64,000 nucleotides of DNA. Origin: an uncultured Actinomycetota bacterium. GTDB taxonomy: Bacteria; Actinomycetota; Actinomycetes; Mycobacteriales; Pseudonocardiaceae. How positions within the stretch are numbered: the stretch's first letter is position 1; each line of letters opens with the position of its first letter. The DNA lies in contig CAVQVV010000003.1 in NCBI GenBank assembly GCA_963717245.1, positions 25,677 through 89,676 on the forward strand. The letters run 5' to 3'. Positions 1 to 11,056 of this stretch are shown piece after piece. The notes under the pieces were generated by a model. It worked only from the letters and a program-made list of their open reading frames with translations, did not search any database and was not told the DNA's origin. Both the position numbers and the translations under genes were made by a program.

Positions 1-225
1 GTGGCGATCCGCGGGACTCGCCGGCCTGCGGGTGGCAAGCGACGGTTCCGGCCGTCCGTCGATGTGCTCGTCGGCGAGCCGTTCGCGGTTCCCCCCGGCA
101 AAGGACGAGTGGCCTTGACCGCGGCCACCACTGAGATACGCAAGCGGCTAGCTGCGCTGGTTACTGAGCTTGATTCGATCCGCCGCCTGGGCCGACCAGG
201 TGCGGCCCGACCGGAGGGAGCGTGA
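1..225 (+). CDS. 3' end of an upstream gene (partial, function not assignable)
   Basis: Open frame entering from the window edge. Its TGA (223-225) overlaps the der GTG start (222) as GTGA. No diagnostic motif. Confidence 0.3.
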   Translation: MAIRGTRRPAGGKRRFRPSVDVLVGEPFAVPPGKGRVALTAATTEIRKRLAALVTELDSIRRLGRPGAARPEGA

Positions 226-1640
226 TGAGTAGTCCGGCGTCCGGCGACGGGATCTGGTCCGAGGAGGCCGAATGGACGGCCTTGGACGGGGCTGAAGGGC
301 TCGACGCCGAGCCGGATGTGGCGCTGGAGCAGCCGGTGCTCGCTGTGGTGGGCCGCCCCAACGTGGGGAAATCCACGCTGGTCAATCGGATCCTGGGGCG
401 TCGCGAGGCCGTGGTGCAGGACGTGCCGGGGGTGACCCGGGACCGGGTGGCCTACGACGCGTTGTGGAATGGGCGCCGATTCACCGTGGTGGACACCGGA
501 GGGTGGCAGCCCGACGCGCGGGGTCTGCAGGCTGCGATAGCCGGGCAGGCGGAGCTCGCGATGCGCACCGCGGACGCGGTTCTGCTGGTGGTCGACGCCA
601 CGGTGGGGGCCACCGCGGCGGAGGAGGCGGTGGCGCGGGTGCTGCACCGCGCGTCCACTCCGGTGGTGCTGGCCGCGACCAAGGTGGACGACGAGCGGTT
701 TGTCGCGGACACCGCGGCACTGTGGTCGTTGGGGTTGGGCGAGCCGTACCCGGTCAGTGGGTTGCACGGCCGCGGCACCGGCGATCTGCTCGACGCGGTG
801 CTGGCGGTGTTGCCCTCCGCTCCGCGGGACGCCGAAGGCCGCGTCGGGGGACCGCGTCGGGTCGCGCTGGTCGGCAAGCCGAATGTGGGGAAGTCGAGCC
901 TGCTCAACCGGTTGGTGGGTGAGCAGCGGTCGGTGGTGCACGAGGTCGCCGGGACCACGGTGGACCCGGTGGACTCGTTGGTGGAGCTGGACGGTGCGAC
1001 GTGGCGGTTCGTGGACACCGCCGGCTTGCGCAAGCGGGTGCGGACGGCCAGCGGCACCGAGTACTTCGCGTCGCTGCGCACCCGGGCGGCGATCGAGGCC
1101 GCCGAGGTGGTGGTGGTCCTCATCGACGCTAGCGAGCCGATCACCGAGCAGGATCAGCGGGTGATCACCTCGGTGATGGAGTCAGGGCGGGCGCTGGTGG
1201 TGGCGTTCAACAAGTGGGACCTGGTTGACGAGGATCGCCGCCGTGAGCTGACCCGAGAGCTGGACCGGGATCTGGCCCGGGTGCGCTGGGCGGAACACCT
1301 CAACCTCTCGGCGCTGACCGGCCGGTCGATCGGCAAGCTCGCCCCGTACCTGCGCACCGCTCTGGAATCCTGGGACCGGCGGGTGCCCACCGGGCAGCTC
1401 AACGCGTGGCTGTCCGATGTGGTCGCCGCGACGCCACCGCCGGTGCGTGGGGGCCGGGCAGCCAAGGTGCTTTTCGCCACTCAGGCCGGAACCCGGCCGC
1501 CCACCTTCGTACTGTTCACCACCGGCTTTCTTGAGGCCGGATATCGACGATTCCTGGAGCGGCGGTTACGGGAGACCTTCGGCTTCACAGGCAGCCCGGT
1601 GCGCATCTCCATTCGGGTTCGGGAGCGGCGGGCCCGATAA
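222..1640 (+). CDS. der: GTPase Der (EngA) with two tandem GTP-binding domains
   Basis: 472-aa ORF with two P-loops ([18 protein letters not shown]), each followed by DTGG/DTAG and TKVD/NKWD motifs, plus a KH-like C-terminal tail. Confidence 0.95.
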   Translation: MMSSPASGDGIWSEEAEWTALDGAEGLDAEPDVALEQPVLAVVGRPNVGKSTLVNRILGRREAVVQDVPGVTRDRVAYDALWNGRRFTVVDTGGWQPDARGLQAAIAGQAELAMRTADAVLLVVDATVGATAAEEAVARVLHRASTPVVLAATKVDDERFVADTAALWSLGLGEPYPVSGLHGRGTGDLLDAVLAVLPSAPRDAEGRVGGPRRVALVGKPNVGKSSLLNRLVGEQRSVVHEVAGTTVDPVDSLVELDGATWRFVDTAGLRKRVRTASGTEYFASLRTRAAIEAAEVVVVLIDASEPITEQDQRVITSVMESGRALVVAFNKWDLVDEDRRRELTRELDRDLARVRWAEHLNLSALTGRSIGKLAPYLRTALESWDRRVPTGQLNAWLSDVVAATPPPVRGGRAAKVLFATQAGTRPPTFVLFTTGFLEAGYRRFLERRLRETFGFTGSPVRISIRVRERRAR

Positions 1641-1727
1641 CAGAGATATCGGTCACGATCTTGGGACCGGTGCGCACGATAGGGCCAAGCTGGAAGCACG
1701 ACCACGACTCGACCGGAAAGGGGTGGC

Positions 1728-2324
1728 GTGCTTACCACGATTGAGGTGTTCTCTGATTTCGTCTGCCCGTTCTGCTATCTCGCTGAGCAACCGCTCGCGG
1801 ATGCGGCCGAGGGCGGTGATGTGGAGATCGCCTGGCGACCCTTCGAGCTGCGACCAGAACCCACCCCGACGCTGCGACCTGCGGACGACTACCTGCAGTC
1901 GACGTGGCACCAGGTGGTTTATCCGATGGCCGAGCGCCTGGGCGTCCCGATAGTGCTGCCCCGGGTATCCCCGCAGCCCTACAGCCGGCTCGCCTTCGAG
2001 GGCTTCGCCTATGCCGAGGAGCGCGGTCTCGGCCAGCGCTACACAGAGCGGATCTTCCGGGCGTTCTTCGTCAAGCAGCGCGACATCGGGAAAGTAGAGA
2101 TCCTCGCGGACGTCGCCGCGGAGTTGGGCCTGGATTCCGCCGATTTCCGCGCTGCGCTGGAGTCCGGTCGCTACGCTGAGGCGCACGAGCAGGCGCTGCG
2201 CCGGGCGCGAGAGCTGGAGATCACCGTCGTGCCGACGTTCCTCGTCGACGGGCGCCGGCTTGAGGGAATGCCGTCCGCGGAGGCGCTGTACCGGCTGCTC
2301 ACTGGCGCGGTGGCAATCGGTTAA
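1728..2324 (+). CDS. DsbA-family thiol:disulfide oxidoreductase (FrnE-like, no obvious signal peptide)
   Basis: 198-aa ORF with an N-terminal thioredoxin-fold active site FSDFVCPFCYL (CPFC). Confidence 0.8.
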   Translation: MLTTIEVFSDFVCPFCYLAEQPLADAAEGGDVEIAWRPFELRPEPTPTLRPADDYLQSTWHQVVYPMAERLGVPIVLPRVSPQPYSRLAFEGFAYAEERGLGQRYTERIFRAFFVKQRDIGKVEILADVAAELGLDSADFRAALESGRYAEAHEQALRRARELEITVVPTFLVDGRRLEGMPSAEALYRLLTGAVAIG

Positions 2325-2365
2325 CGGTTGATCTGCGTGGCGAGCGGGCACTCCCCGACAGTGGA

Positions 2366-4873
2366 TTGGGGAGGTCGATAGGGATGTCCACCCTGCAGCC
2401 GTCCGACGACTGTGCGCAGCGATGGGCGCCTGATCTGGGTGCGGCTCGTCTGCTCGGCGGCGGCCGCACGGCCGCGATGCTGCGGCGCGACGCCGTCGTG
2501 CAGTGGTGGTGTGCCCCGGACTTCGATGATGCACCGTTGTGCTGGCAGCTGCTGGACCCCAACGGTGGTGCCGCCGCTTTCTCTGACCTCACGTTTGTCG
2601 ACGCTGACCCTGCACCGGCGGGTAGCAGTGCGCGGACACTGCTGCGCGGGACGGCGGGCATCGTCGAGGTATGGGACGGGCTGCTGGACGCAGGCTCGGG
2701 GGTGGCGCTGGTACGGCTGGTGCGCCCGCATCGAGCCAGCGCCAGCGGGGGCCGCGGTCAGGCGACGGTGGAGCATGCCCTGCGCTTGGGCGGCTTCACC
2801 GGTCCCTGGGTGGAGTTCCACGTTGAGGGCACGGTCGCGCAGGGCGGCCACCTGCTTCGTGGACGGCAGCGGCCGGTCCGGGTTCACGCTGACGCGCACC
2901 ACGTGCGGGAGGCGACGCTGCACAGCACCGTGCGGTTGACGCCGAACCGTTGGACGGCGCTGGTCATCGCTGTTGATGGTGACGTCACGCCCGACGCCGA
3001 GGCGCTGGCGGCACAGCTGGAGTCCCTCGACGCCGCCGAGCGGGCCCGGCTGAAGTCGTGCCGGCTGCCGCGGCTGCACCCTGAGCGGGCCGCGGATGCG
3101 CTTGCGGTGCTTCGGGCGTGTACGTATCGGCCGACTGGCGCGGTGGTCGCGTCGCCGACGACCAGCCTGCCGGAGGCGCCGGGGTATGACCGGCAGTTCG
3201 ACTACCGCTATACGTGGCTCCGGGATGCGTCGGTGTCGACGGCGGTTGCCGCGTTGGTCGGGCAGCCGCAGGACGCCCGCCACTACCTGGAAATGGTTCA
3301 CCGAGCGTGGGGCGTCCGGGACATGCGCGATACCCCGGTGCTCGACGTGCGCGGCGGCCACGTGCCGGATCAACGTGACGTCCCCGGGATCTCGGGGTGG
3401 GCGGGCTCACGGCCGGTCCGAGTCGGTAATGCAGCGGGCGACCAGCGGCAGTACGACGCGCTGGGGCTGCTCGTCGAGGCGGTCTCGGTCTATCTGCAGG
3501 TCGGCGGCCGGCTTGACGCGAAGAGCTGGCGGCTGGTTACCCGGCTGGCCGATGGCGTCGCGCACGACGAACCGGACCGGGTCAAGGACAGCAACGGGAT
3601 CTGGGAGTTCGGTGAGCCGCGGCCACTGGTCGATGGTGATGTCGGCCGCTGGATGGTGCTGGATCGGGCGTTGTGGATCGCGCGGGGTTGGCGGCCATGG
3701 ACCCGGCGGCGGAGGTGGAAAACCGCCCGAGACATCATCGGCGACCGGATCCTGGCCTCACTGGACGACCGGGGCCTGCTGCCGCAGAGCTACCGCGACG
3801 GCGACAGCACACCTGACGCCGCAGCGCTGATGACAGTGGCGTTCGGGCTGCTCGGTCGCGACGATCCCCGGGCCAGCCGGCTGGTCGACGCGCTGCTCGA
3901 CCGCCTCGGCGCCGGGCCCTACCTGTACCGGTATCCACCCGACGGTGGCGGTTTTTCCGGCACGGAGGGCGCATTCTTGCCGGTGTCGTTCCTGGCGGTG
4001 ACCGCACTGGCGAAGCTGGGTCGGGTGCAGGAGGCCAGGGCGCGGCTGGACCGGTTGTGCGCGGAGCTGCCGCGGTTGCTCGCCGAGGAGGTCGAGCCGC
4101 AGTCCGGGAGGATGCGTGGTAACACCCCGCTGGTCTGGAGCCACGCCGAGCTGGCCCGAGCACTGTACGTCCTGGACGCCGCGCAGCTCCGGGACACCTG
4201 GGGTGCGGCCGGTCTGTGGTCCTGGCGGCTGTACCGCTATCTCGCGCTGCGCCATCAGCATCGAGCCGCCACGACTGCACATCAGGAGGAAACCATGGCC
4301 ACTCGCCCTCGCCCCGCCGGACCGCCGGCAGCAACCATTCGCCCCGGCAGCGGCGGGATCGGTCGCAGCAGCTCCCCGGCGGCCGAGGCGGTCTCCGACG
4401 CGCTGCGTCGCGGCACCGGGAACTTCCTCCAACAGCGCAGGCGCATTGCCCTGCTGCAGACCGCTACCGCTGCAATGCTCGGCGTCGTCGGTCTGTACCA
4501 GTTCGGACTGCTGCGCTCAGTGCCGGAGCCACCGCTGCGCTGGCTCGACGCCGACCGCGTCGACGCGTCGGGCGAGGCCTATTCCCTGCTGCACACGCCC
4601 GACAGCAGTCTGGGGATCATGAGTGCCGGAATGTCGCTGGTGCTGGCGGGCATGGGAGGTGCCACGCGGTACCAACAGCAGCCCTGGATTCCGCTTGCGT
4701 TGCTCGCCAAGAGCCTGCTCGACGCCGCGGGCGGCCTCGTGCTCACTGCGGAGCAGCTCACCAAGCACAAGCGGCTCTGCTCGTGGTGTACCGCGACCGC
4801 CGCGCTGCTCGTCGCCACCGTGCCGGTCGCCGTGCCCGAGGCGCGCGCCGCCTGGCGGAGTCTGCGCAGCTGA
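2366..4873 (+). CDS. Glycoside hydrolase family 15-like protein that continues without a stop into a VKOR-like membrane module
   Basis: 835-aa ORF. It has the GH15 hallmark [12 protein letters not shown] and (alpha/alpha)6-type C-terminal motifs ([20 protein letters not shown]). The last ~190 aa are hydrophobic and contain CSWC. Confidence 0.8.
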   Translation: MGRSIGMSTLQPSDDCAQRWAPDLGAARLLGGGRTAAMLRRDAVVQWWCAPDFDDAPLCWQLLDPNGGAAAFSDLTFVDADPAPAGSSARTLLRGTAGIVEVWDGLLDAGSGVALVRLVRPHRASASGGRGQATVEHALRLGGFTGPWVEFHVEGTVAQGGHLLRGRQRPVRVHADAHHVREATLHSTVRLTPNRWTALVIAVDGDVTPDAEALAAQLESLDAAERARLKSCRLPRLHPERAADALAVLRACTYRPTGAVVASPTTSLPEAPGYDRQFDYRYTWLRDASVSTAVAALVGQPQDARHYLEMVHRAWGVRDMRDTPVLDVRGGHVPDQRDVPGISGWAGSRPVRVGNAAGDQRQYDALGLLVEAVSVYLQVGGRLDAKSWRLVTRLADGVAHDEPDRVKDSNGIWEFGEPRPLVDGDVGRWMVLDRALWIARGWRPWTRRRRWKTARDIIGDRILASLDDRGLLPQSYRDGDSTPDAAALMTVAFGLLGRDDPRASRLVDALLDRLGAGPYLYRYPPDGGGFSGTEGAFLPVSFLAVTALAKLGRVQEARARLDRLCAELPRLLAEEVEPQSGRMRGNTPLVWSHAELARALYVLDAAQLRDTWGAAGLWSWRLYRYLALRHQHRAATTAHQEETMATRPRPAGPPAATIRPGSGGIGRSSSPAAEAVSDALRRGTGNFLQQRRRIALLQTATAAMLGVVGLYQFGLLRSVPEPPLRWLDADRVDASGEAYSLLHTPDSSLGIMSAGMSLVLAGMGGATRYQQQPWIPLALLAKSLLDAAGGLVLTAEQLTKHKRLCSWCTATAALLVATVPVAVPEARAAWRSLRS
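4295..4873 (+). CDS. VKOR-like CxxC membrane protein module (possible internal or independent start)
   Basis: An in-frame ATG at 4295 is preceded by AGGAGGAAACC. The ~192 aa have 4 predicted TM segments, a VKOR-like loop ([17 protein letters not shown]) lacking the loop cysteine pair, and CSWC in the last TM. Confidence 0.4.
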   Translation: MATRPRPAGPPAATIRPGSGGIGRSSSPAAEAVSDALRRGTGNFLQQRRRIALLQTATAAMLGVVGLYQFGLLRSVPEPPLRWLDADRVDASGEAYSLLHTPDSSLGIMSAGMSLVLAGMGGATRYQQQPWIPLALLAKSLLDAAGGLVLTAEQLTKHKRLCSWCTATAALLVATVPVAVPEARAAWRSLRS

Positions 4874-4942
4874 GTGAAAGACTGGCTAGCCGCTGCTCGT
4901 TTGGTCTGCGCTACGCTGTACAGGCGCCCGAGAGGGCGTGGC

Positions 4943-5019
<77 letters not shown>

Positions 5020-5050
5020 GGAAGTAGCAGGTCAGAGGGGGTTTCGGAGA

Positions 5051-6270
5051 TCATCCGGAGCCCCTTCTTTGGATCTTCGGGAGCCAAACGGGGAGCCAGC
5101 TGACGTTCAGATTACGCGGAGGTGGCTTGCCACGGGATCTGGTCTGCTTGGTTTTCAGGATCCTGTTCATGGCAGTCGCGCCTTTGGTGAGCGCTGGGCG
5201 GATCTCGTGGCGGTAGACCGTTTCGGTGACGGAGGTACCGCTGTGGCCCATCAGGTCGCTGATGTCCTCGATCCGGACGCCGCCGTTGTTGCTGAGGATG
5301 GACACGAAGCTGTGGCGCAGCTCTCGGGGGGTCCAGTCTTGCCCGAGTCCGGCCGTCTGGGTGATTTCGGCGAACTCGCGGCGGACCTGCCAGCGGTCCA
5401 GTGGGGTGCCGTCCTCGCGGCAGAACACCAAGCCGTGATCATGCCAGGTGTCGGCCGCCTCACGGCGTTGGGCGGCTTGGTGGGTGTGGTGTTGCGCAGC
5501 GCGTGTACGGCCTTGGTCGGGAGCTTCAGCAAGCGCCTGCTCTTGCGGGTCTTGGTGTCGCCTTTGGTCCGCACGGAGCGGTACACGGCCACGTGCCGGC
5601 CTTGAGGTCCACCTCGCCCCAGGTCAGCGCTCGCGCTTCCTCGGTGCGGACACCGGTCAAGAGCGAGAGCACCACGTATGCGGCGAGCCGTGAGCTGGTC
5701 TCCGCCTCCACCGCTTCCAGGAGTCTGGTGGCCTGGTCCAGTGTCATCGCCTTGGACGGGATGTCCCTCCTTGCCGTCGGGAACCATGACCAGGCTCGCG
5801 ACGTTTCGTCTGACCTTGTCGCGTGCCTGAGCCTGGCGGATAGCACGTTCCAGGATTTGATGGATGAGCCGAAGCGTGCGGGTGGACAGCTCTTCGGCTC
5901 GTTCGTCCATCCACTCGTCGAGGTGGTCTGCGGTGAGCTGCTGGAGCTTGGTCGCTCCGATCTGGGGGATCAGGTTGCGCGTGGCCAGCGACCGGTAGTT
6001 GTCGATCGTGGCCTTGGATTTTCCTTTGAGGCCCTTGTCGAGGAAGTCGTTCACGGCGTCTTTCACCGTGTACCTGGCTTCGGCCCGCACGCCTGCTTCC
6101 AGATTATCAACGACTTCGCGGAGCTTGTCCTTGACCTGCGCCTTGGTCTTACCCTTTCGCTTGACGCGCTGGCGCTTGCCCTTTGCGTCGAAGCCAAGGC
6201 TGATGGCGCCGGTGAATCCATCTCCTTCCGGGTAGATGGTTGCTTCGTAGGTACCGATGCTAATCTTCAT
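5051..6270 (-). pseudogene. int: Tyrosine integrase, disrupted by at least two frameshifts
   Basis: N-terminal SAM-like/arm domain in ORF 5251..6270. The middle segment (LLTGVRTEEARALTWGEVDL) lies in frame 5526..5846. The C-terminal catalytic segment (RELRHSF...LMGHSGTSVTETVYRH) lies in ORF 5051..5431. Confidence 0.85.
5079..5098 (+). repeat. Arm-type direct repeats GGAGCCA x2 (left arm of element A)
   Basis: gggagccaaacggggagcca. The same heptamer recurs three times at 23615-23644 in the same orientation. Confidence 0.6.
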
Positions 6271-6452
6271 CCGATAGTCTCCTTTCTTGATATTGGGCCG
6301 TGTTCTTCGTCTTCGTGTCGGTCGAGGTATTCCGCGACAGCCTTCTTGATGACCCAGGAAACACTGCGTTCCTGTTGCTCAGCATATCTGACCAGCCGTT
6401 CCTTGAAATCGGTTTCCACTCGTACCGGTGGAAGGGTGGTGTCGCCTATCAT
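6267..6452 (-). CDS. Ribbon-helix-helix (CopG-like) small DNA-binding protein
   Basis: 61-aa ORF. The pattern PPVRVETDFKERLVRYAEQQERSVSWVIKKAVAEYL fits a beta-strand plus two helices. It overlaps the int start by 4 nt. Confidence 0.6.
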   Translation of the reverse strand: MIGDTTLPPVRVETDFKERLVRYAEQQERSVSWVIKKAVAEYLDRHEDEEHGPISRKETIG

Positions 6453-6485
6453 GTAGAAACATGTATCACGTTGTGCTACATGTTG

Positions 6486-6671
6486 TCAACGGTTCTTCTC
6501 CTGACGCGAGGTTTCGAGTGACGCGACGAACTCCGCCAGGTGCTGGCTGGTGATCCGGCGTAGTTTGCCGATCTTGATACTGCGGAGCTGGCCGGTCCGC
6601 AGCAGGGAGTACACCTTGTCTCGGCCTACGTGAAGGATCTCTGCTACCTGCTCGACTGTGTAGGCTTGCAT
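6486..6671 (-). CDS. xis: Excisionase-type helix-turn-helix protein
   Basis: 61-aa ORF. YTVEQVAEILHVGRDKVYSLLRTGQLRSIKIGKLRRI matches the MerR-like excisionase HTH pattern. It sits next to int. Confidence 0.75.
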   Translation of the reverse strand: MQAYTVEQVAEILHVGRDKVYSLLRTGQLRSIKIGKLRRITSQHLAEFVASLETSRQEKNR

Positions 6672-6839
6672 GTTGCCTCACCTCCTTTCCCTTGGCGCGT
6701 CGTTGCCGGTTGCGGCTTTAGTGGATGTGAGGCTGACGCCTCCTCTCGCTGTCACAGTGGGTGATGGTCCCTCTCTGCGGTCTGTGTCTATGTCTTCGCC
6801 CTTGACGTGCAGACGCGCGGGGACGGTAGACGTAGACAA

Positions 6840-8669
6840 CTACTGTGGGTGTTCAATCACGGCGCGCCATCGGCCACGGCTGATCTGGGTGACCTGGCCA
6901 CGGTCGGCCAGCTCACGGAGTCGCTGATAGACCCATGGGCGGCTCATCCGGGTCGTGTTCATCAGGTCTGGCACCGAGACGCCCTCGTCCGGGGCGAGGC
7001 TCAACGCAGCCCGCAGGATGCCCATGGGCGCGCCGTCAGCGTTATTGCCGTGGCCGGGGTGGATGGTGCCGTGGTGGTCGTTGGAGCGACTGTGAGGGAG
7101 ACGCTGGGCGTCGGCCGTGCGGGTGTCTTCGACCGCTCGCCGTGATACCTCGTCCAGGGACGGCCTCATTTCCGCGTGCTGGTTTGCGGTGGCGCTGACC
7201 ATGTCGTCGGTGAGTAGATAGGCGCGGGCGCGGCGAGGAGTGTCGTGTTCGGGTGCGGACATGAGGAATTTTCCTGGCGCGTTGAGGGTGTGCGCGTGCC
7301 ATCCGGCCGACAGCATCCCCTGTCCGAGGATGAGGTCGACGTCTTTGCGTTCGCGGACACGGAAACAGATCCGGATATCCATCTGCGAACGCACCGCGCC
7401 TTGCCCCATGGCTTTCTGCGTGGGGCGCTGGGTCGCGGCGACCAGCGTGACCGCGACCGCGCGGCCGCGACGGGCGAGAGAATCGGTGTAGTCGGCCGCG
7501 TCGGAGGCATTGTCGGACAGCTCGGCATACTCGTCGATGATGATGATAAGAGCGGGCATTTCTGGTGTCGGCTGCCAGGTACGTTGCCCGGTGGCGGCGA
7601 GCATGGCCGAACGGGCTTCCAAGATGGCGACCGCGTTGCGCAACAGCGCGCAGGCTTGCGCGGGATTGGTGGCCAGCCGGTCGATGCAGGATGCCCAGGG
7701 CTGAAGCTCCATGCCATTTTTCAGATCGATTGCCCAGATCACGACGTCACGGCAGGCGGACAGGTTGCCCATGAGGACGTTGAGGCCACCGCTTTTGCCC
7801 GAGCCGGTGGCGCCACCGAGCAGGCCGTGGCGGCGGAGGAACAGCACCCGAGCCGGGATGGCGTCCTCGAACGGGCCAAGCTCGATCGGCTCGGTGATCG
7901 AGGTGACTGACGGGCCAGGCCATCCAATCGCGCCCGCGTGTGGGTCGATGTCCAGCACGCGCAACTCGAACCGGTTCGCCAGGTCATCGGGCGTCGGGTA
8001 GACACGTGCGGCTCCCCGGAAGGTGCCCAGACCGGACTCGATCGCGGAGAGCTTGGCACGTACCTCGTCAATGGTCTGACCGCGAGCCAACCGAATGCGG
8101 GCACGCCAACCCCACACATCGACCACTGCCGACATGACCTGCGAACCGGCTAGCCCGACCACTCGCGCGATCTCCGGCCAAGCTTCGAGCTTGCGTTCCA
8201 CCCGGACCCGGGCACGTCGGCGGTGGTGCGCCCACCACGGCACCGCGAGGATCAGACCTCCGGTCACCAACAGGTGTGGAAGCGGCCAGACCAAGGGGCC
8301 AATGGCTGTTGCGGCCGCGACCCATGCTCCGGTTGCCGTGACCACGGCGGCCGCATAGAGGCAATCGATGCGGGTTGGCAGGCCGAACCTGTGTCCGGTG
8401 ACGGCCAGCCCGCACCCAGCCAGCGCGGCCACGGCGAGGATCGCGGGCCACCATTGCGGATGGGTGAGATGGAGCATCTGGGCGACGAACGCCGTGGCGG
8501 TGGCGAGGTAAAGCGGGGTGAGTTCGGAGCGGTACCGCCACGCCCACCAGAAGATCAGTACCGGAATCGTGTCCGGTAGTTGGTCGGTGCTGTTGATGAC
8601 CATCACGGGCTGGAGCCCGTAGCGACGCATACGACGGGCATGACGGCGGAGTCGCCGCCGGGGTGTCAT
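6840..8669 (-). CDS. FtsK/SpoIIIE-family DNA translocase (TraB-like conjugative dsDNA transfer protein)
   Basis: N-terminal TM segments, Walker A GATGSGKSGGLN, Walker B ALIIIIDEYAEL and a C-terminal winged-helix-like tail. The ATG at 8669 overlaps the upstream stop as ATGA. Confidence 0.9.
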   Translation of the reverse strand: MTPRRRLRRHARRMRRYGLQPVMVINSTDQLPDTIPVLIFWWAWRYRSELTPLYLATATAFVAQMLHLTHPQWWPAILAVAALAGCGLAVTGHRFGLPTRIDCLYAAAVVTATGAWVAAATAIGPLVWPLPHLLVTGGLILAVPWWAHHRRRARVRVERKLEAWPEIARVVGLAGSQVMSAVVDVWGWRARIRLARGQTIDEVRAKLSAIESGLGTFRGAARVYPTPDDLANRFELRVLDIDPHAGAIGWPGPSVTSITEPIELGPFEDAIPARVLFLRRHGLLGGATGSGKSGGLNVLMGNLSACRDVVIWAIDLKNGMELQPWASCIDRLATNPAQACALLRNAVAILEARSAMLAATGQRTWQPTPEMPALIIIIDEYAELSDNASDAADYTDSLARRGRAVAVTLVAATQRPTQKAMGQGAVRSQMDIRICFRVRERKDVDLILGQGMLSAGWHAHTLNAPGKFLMSAPEHDTPRRARAYLLTDDMVSATANQHAEMRPSLDEVSRRAVEDTRTADAQRLPHSRSNDHHGTIHPGHGNNADGAPMGILRAALSLAPDEGVSVPDLMNTTRMSRPWVYQRLRELADRGQVTQISRGRWRAVIEHPQ

Positions 8670-9010
8670 CGGTAGTCCCCCTCGTTCGGGGGCAGCTGGC
8701 CGCGAGCGGCGAGTTCGTCGCGCAGGTAGCACAGCGGGTCGGACTCACCATCGAGATAGGTACCGATCGTGGCTCGCGCGGCGGCCAGTAGATTTGCCCG
8801 GTCAAGCCGCGTGTCATCGAGTTCAGTGCGCAGCCGGGTAACCTCCACTGACAGCGTTGGCGCGTCGGCAAGTGCGGTATCGATATACTGCCAGATGTCT
8901 GCCAAAGCCGGAATTGCTGTTGATAATCTGGCAACCATGTGGCGCGCGGTGTTGCTTCTCGTGGTGACCTCCCGATGGTCGATTCTGGTGTTGCGTGAAG
9001 TGTCGGTCAC
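8666..9010 (-). CDS. Hypothetical protein (coiled-coil-like), translationally coupled to the translocase
   Basis: 114-aa ORF with an ATGA overlap to the downstream gene. No recognisable motif. Confidence 0.5.
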   Translation of the reverse strand: MTDTSRNTRIDHREVTTRSNTARHMVARLSTAIPALADIWQYIDTALADAPTLSVEVTRLRTELDDTRLDRANLLAAARATIGTYLDGESDPLCYLRDELAARGQLPPNEGDYR

Positions 9011-9041
9011 TAGGCATCACTCCTTCACGGTCGGCGAGGGG

Positions 9042-9257
9042 TTAAGGTTGGGAACTGGTAAGTGCTTGAACGATGACAGTCACTAGATCGCGGATCTGAG
9101 GTGCGGCTGCGGTTGCGGCGATGAAGAATCCGAACAGCAGACACAAGATCGCCTGCCAGGCCCGCAGACCCATGTAGCGACAGGCCACGAACACAATGGC
9201 GCCAAGGATTGCCACCAGTGGAACGGAAACCGTCAAGCTTGTTTCACCTCCCTTCAC
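9042..9257 (-). CDS. Small membrane protein (2 TM), Spd-like position
   Basis: 71-aa ORF with two hydrophobic helices (LVAILGAIVFVACRYM, ILCLLFGFFIAATAAA). Confidence 0.5.
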   Translation of the reverse strand: MKGGETSLTVSVPLVAILGAIVFVACRYMGLRAWQAILCLLFGFFIAATAAAPQIRDLVTVIVQALTSSQP

Positions 9258-9486
9258 GGTGAGCCCTGAATCGGCATGGATCGGGAAACTTCGAACTTTT
9301 ATACGTCGATTTGCGGCGACGCCAGCGGGAACGATATCGACATTTACGGCATCGCTTCATCCCGCTTTCCCGAAGCGCGCCGCACGGACAGCGACGCTCA
9401 GGAGAGTCGAGTTTGATAGGGCGCATCGGCAGTTCTTCATGCACCGTGTAGAACGTCGGTTGTGCGGCGTTGTCGTTGCTACTCAT
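9244..9486 (-). CDS. Small basic Cys-containing protein (hypothetical)
   Basis: ATG at 9486 preceded by GGAGAC. Contains CPCG...CRKC (zinc-ribbon-like) and an Arg/Lys-rich tail. Confidence 0.4.
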   Translation of the reverse strand: MSSNDNAAQPTFYTVHEELPMRPIKLDSPERRCPCGALRESGMKRCRKCRYRSRWRRRKSTYKSSKFPDPCRFRAHREGR

Positions 9487-9619
9487 CGTTTTTCGTCTCC
9501 CGACTCGGCCCCCGGTCACACCGAGGGGTTGGGCTGGTCGGAAGCAATGGCATCCTGTAGGGCGAGATGTAGGCGACGTAGAAAACGATCTACCTACCAC
9601 CTACCTACAGTGAGGGCCG

Positions 9620-11044
9620 GTGATGAGCGAGCCAGCGGCAGTGCCGCGGGACTCTTGCCCTGCCGCCACACTGCTCCAGCATCTGGGCCGTGAGCTGCGG
9701 CGACTCCGAATCCAGGCCGATCTGAGCAGCCAGGCCGCACTGGCCAGAAGGATCAACTACGCCCGCGCCTACGTCGCGCAGGTCGAACTCGCCCGCGAGG
9801 CTCCGTCCGCCCGGTTCGTGCACGCCTGCGACGAGGCCCTACACACCGGCGGCACGCTCATGGAGCTCTACCGCCGTTACCACAACGCCCGCAGCCAGGA
9901 CCGCACACCAGAGCCGCCGCCACCCACCGCCGATGACCTGTGGAACCCCGCCACAGCCCCGCCACCGGCCGACACGCTCGAGCCGCTGATCGGCGCCGAG
10001 CCGAACCGCCGCACCTTCCTGCGCAACGCGACGATCCTCGCCGGAACCACCGCCGCTGCCGGAGCCACGATCGCCGCCCGTGGTGACGAACCCTGGCAGC
10101 GGCTCACCGCCGCCCTGCGCGGCACTACCCACGTCGACACCACCACCGTGACCAACCTCGAACGGGTCACTGTGGGCCTGGAACGTCTCGAAGCCCACAT
10201 GAGCCCGGCCGCCCTGGTCGGCGCCGTCATCGGGCACCTCGACGCCATCGCCCGCCTGCTTCGCGTGCCGATGAGAATCCCGCTGCGCCAACACCTCTGC
10301 TCGGTCGCGGCCGAGACCTCGGCCTTAGCCGGGTGGCTGACGTGGGACCTGGACACCCCCGCTACCGCAGCCGCGTACTTCCGCGCTGGCCTGGACGCCG
10401 CCACTGACGCCGGCGACCGCGCCATCGGGGCCTACCTCGTCGGCGGGTTGTGCATCCAACCGAGCTACCGGGAACAACCGGAAATCCGGCTCCGCAACCT
10501 GGACGGCAGCACCCTCGGTTACGTGCAAGCCGATGCCTCCCCGGCCACGCGCTCTTGGATGGCCTGCTTAGAAGCAGAGGCACACGTCATGGCCGGTGAC
10601 GAACGCGCCGCGCTCACCGCGCTGGACCGCGCCGAGGCCATCCTTGAGTACGCCAGCGGTGATGACCCCATCCAGCGCAGACCCCGCGTCAGCTTCTTCG
10701 ACCACGCCCGGTTGCTTGGAGAACGGGGCGTCGCCATGGCTCGGCTCGGCCGGGCCGAGCCCGCCCAGGCGATCCTCACCGACGCCATGGTTTCTCTCGA
10801 CTCCACCATGACCAAGATCCGCCCTCGATTGCTGGCCGAACTCGCGTCCTCCGCGATCCAGCGTGGTGACATCGACACCGCCTGCCGCCATGCCAGCGCC
10901 GCCCTGACTATGGCCGCTGACCTGCAAGTTCAACCCAACCTTCAGGATGTGTATCGCATCCGCCGCGACCTGAACCCCTGGGCCGACACCACCTCTGTTC
11001 GGGATCTCGACCGGCAACTTGGCGACCTCACCAGCGGCGCATGA
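9620..11044 (+). CDS. XRE-family HTH regulator with an internal twin-arginine-like motif and a TPR-like C-terminal domain
   Basis: N-terminal HTH (LRRLRIQADLSSQAALARRINYARAYVAQVELARE), then a Pro-rich linker, RRTFLRNATILAGTTAAAGATIAA, and a helical repeat region. Confidence 0.75.
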   Translation: MMSEPAAVPRDSCPAATLLQHLGRELRRLRIQADLSSQAALARRINYARAYVAQVELAREAPSARFVHACDEALHTGGTLMELYRRYHNARSQDRTPEPPPPTADDLWNPATAPPPADTLEPLIGAEPNRRTFLRNATILAGTTAAAGATIAARGDEPWQRLTAALRGTTHVDTTTVTNLERVTVGLERLEAHMSPAALVGAVIGHLDAIARLLRVPMRIPLRQHLCSVAAETSALAGWLTWDLDTPATAAAYFRAGLDAATDAGDRAIGAYLVGGLCIQPSYREQPEIRLRNLDGSTLGYVQADASPATRSWMACLEAEAHVMAGDERAALTALDRAEAILEYASGDDPIQRRPRVSFFDHARLLGERGVAMARLGRAEPAQAILTDAMVSLDSTMTKIRPRLLAELASSAIQRGDIDTACRHASAALTMAADLQVQPNLQDVYRIRRDLNPWADTTSVRDLDRQLGDLTSGA

Positions 11045-11056
11045 CCCGCCGAGACC

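Noticed and set aside
2321-3373. Long antisense or alternative-frame ORFs. Examples are 2321..3373(-), 452..1144(-), 5401..6456(+), 14875..15837(-), 20742..21620(+), 30944..32026(+), 38298..39413(-), 49280..50239(-), and the first part of 62296..63684(+).
   Set aside because: These are typical shadow ORFs of high-GC DNA. They have Arg/Pro/Ala-rich low-complexity translations and overlap genes with clear motifs on the other strand or frame.
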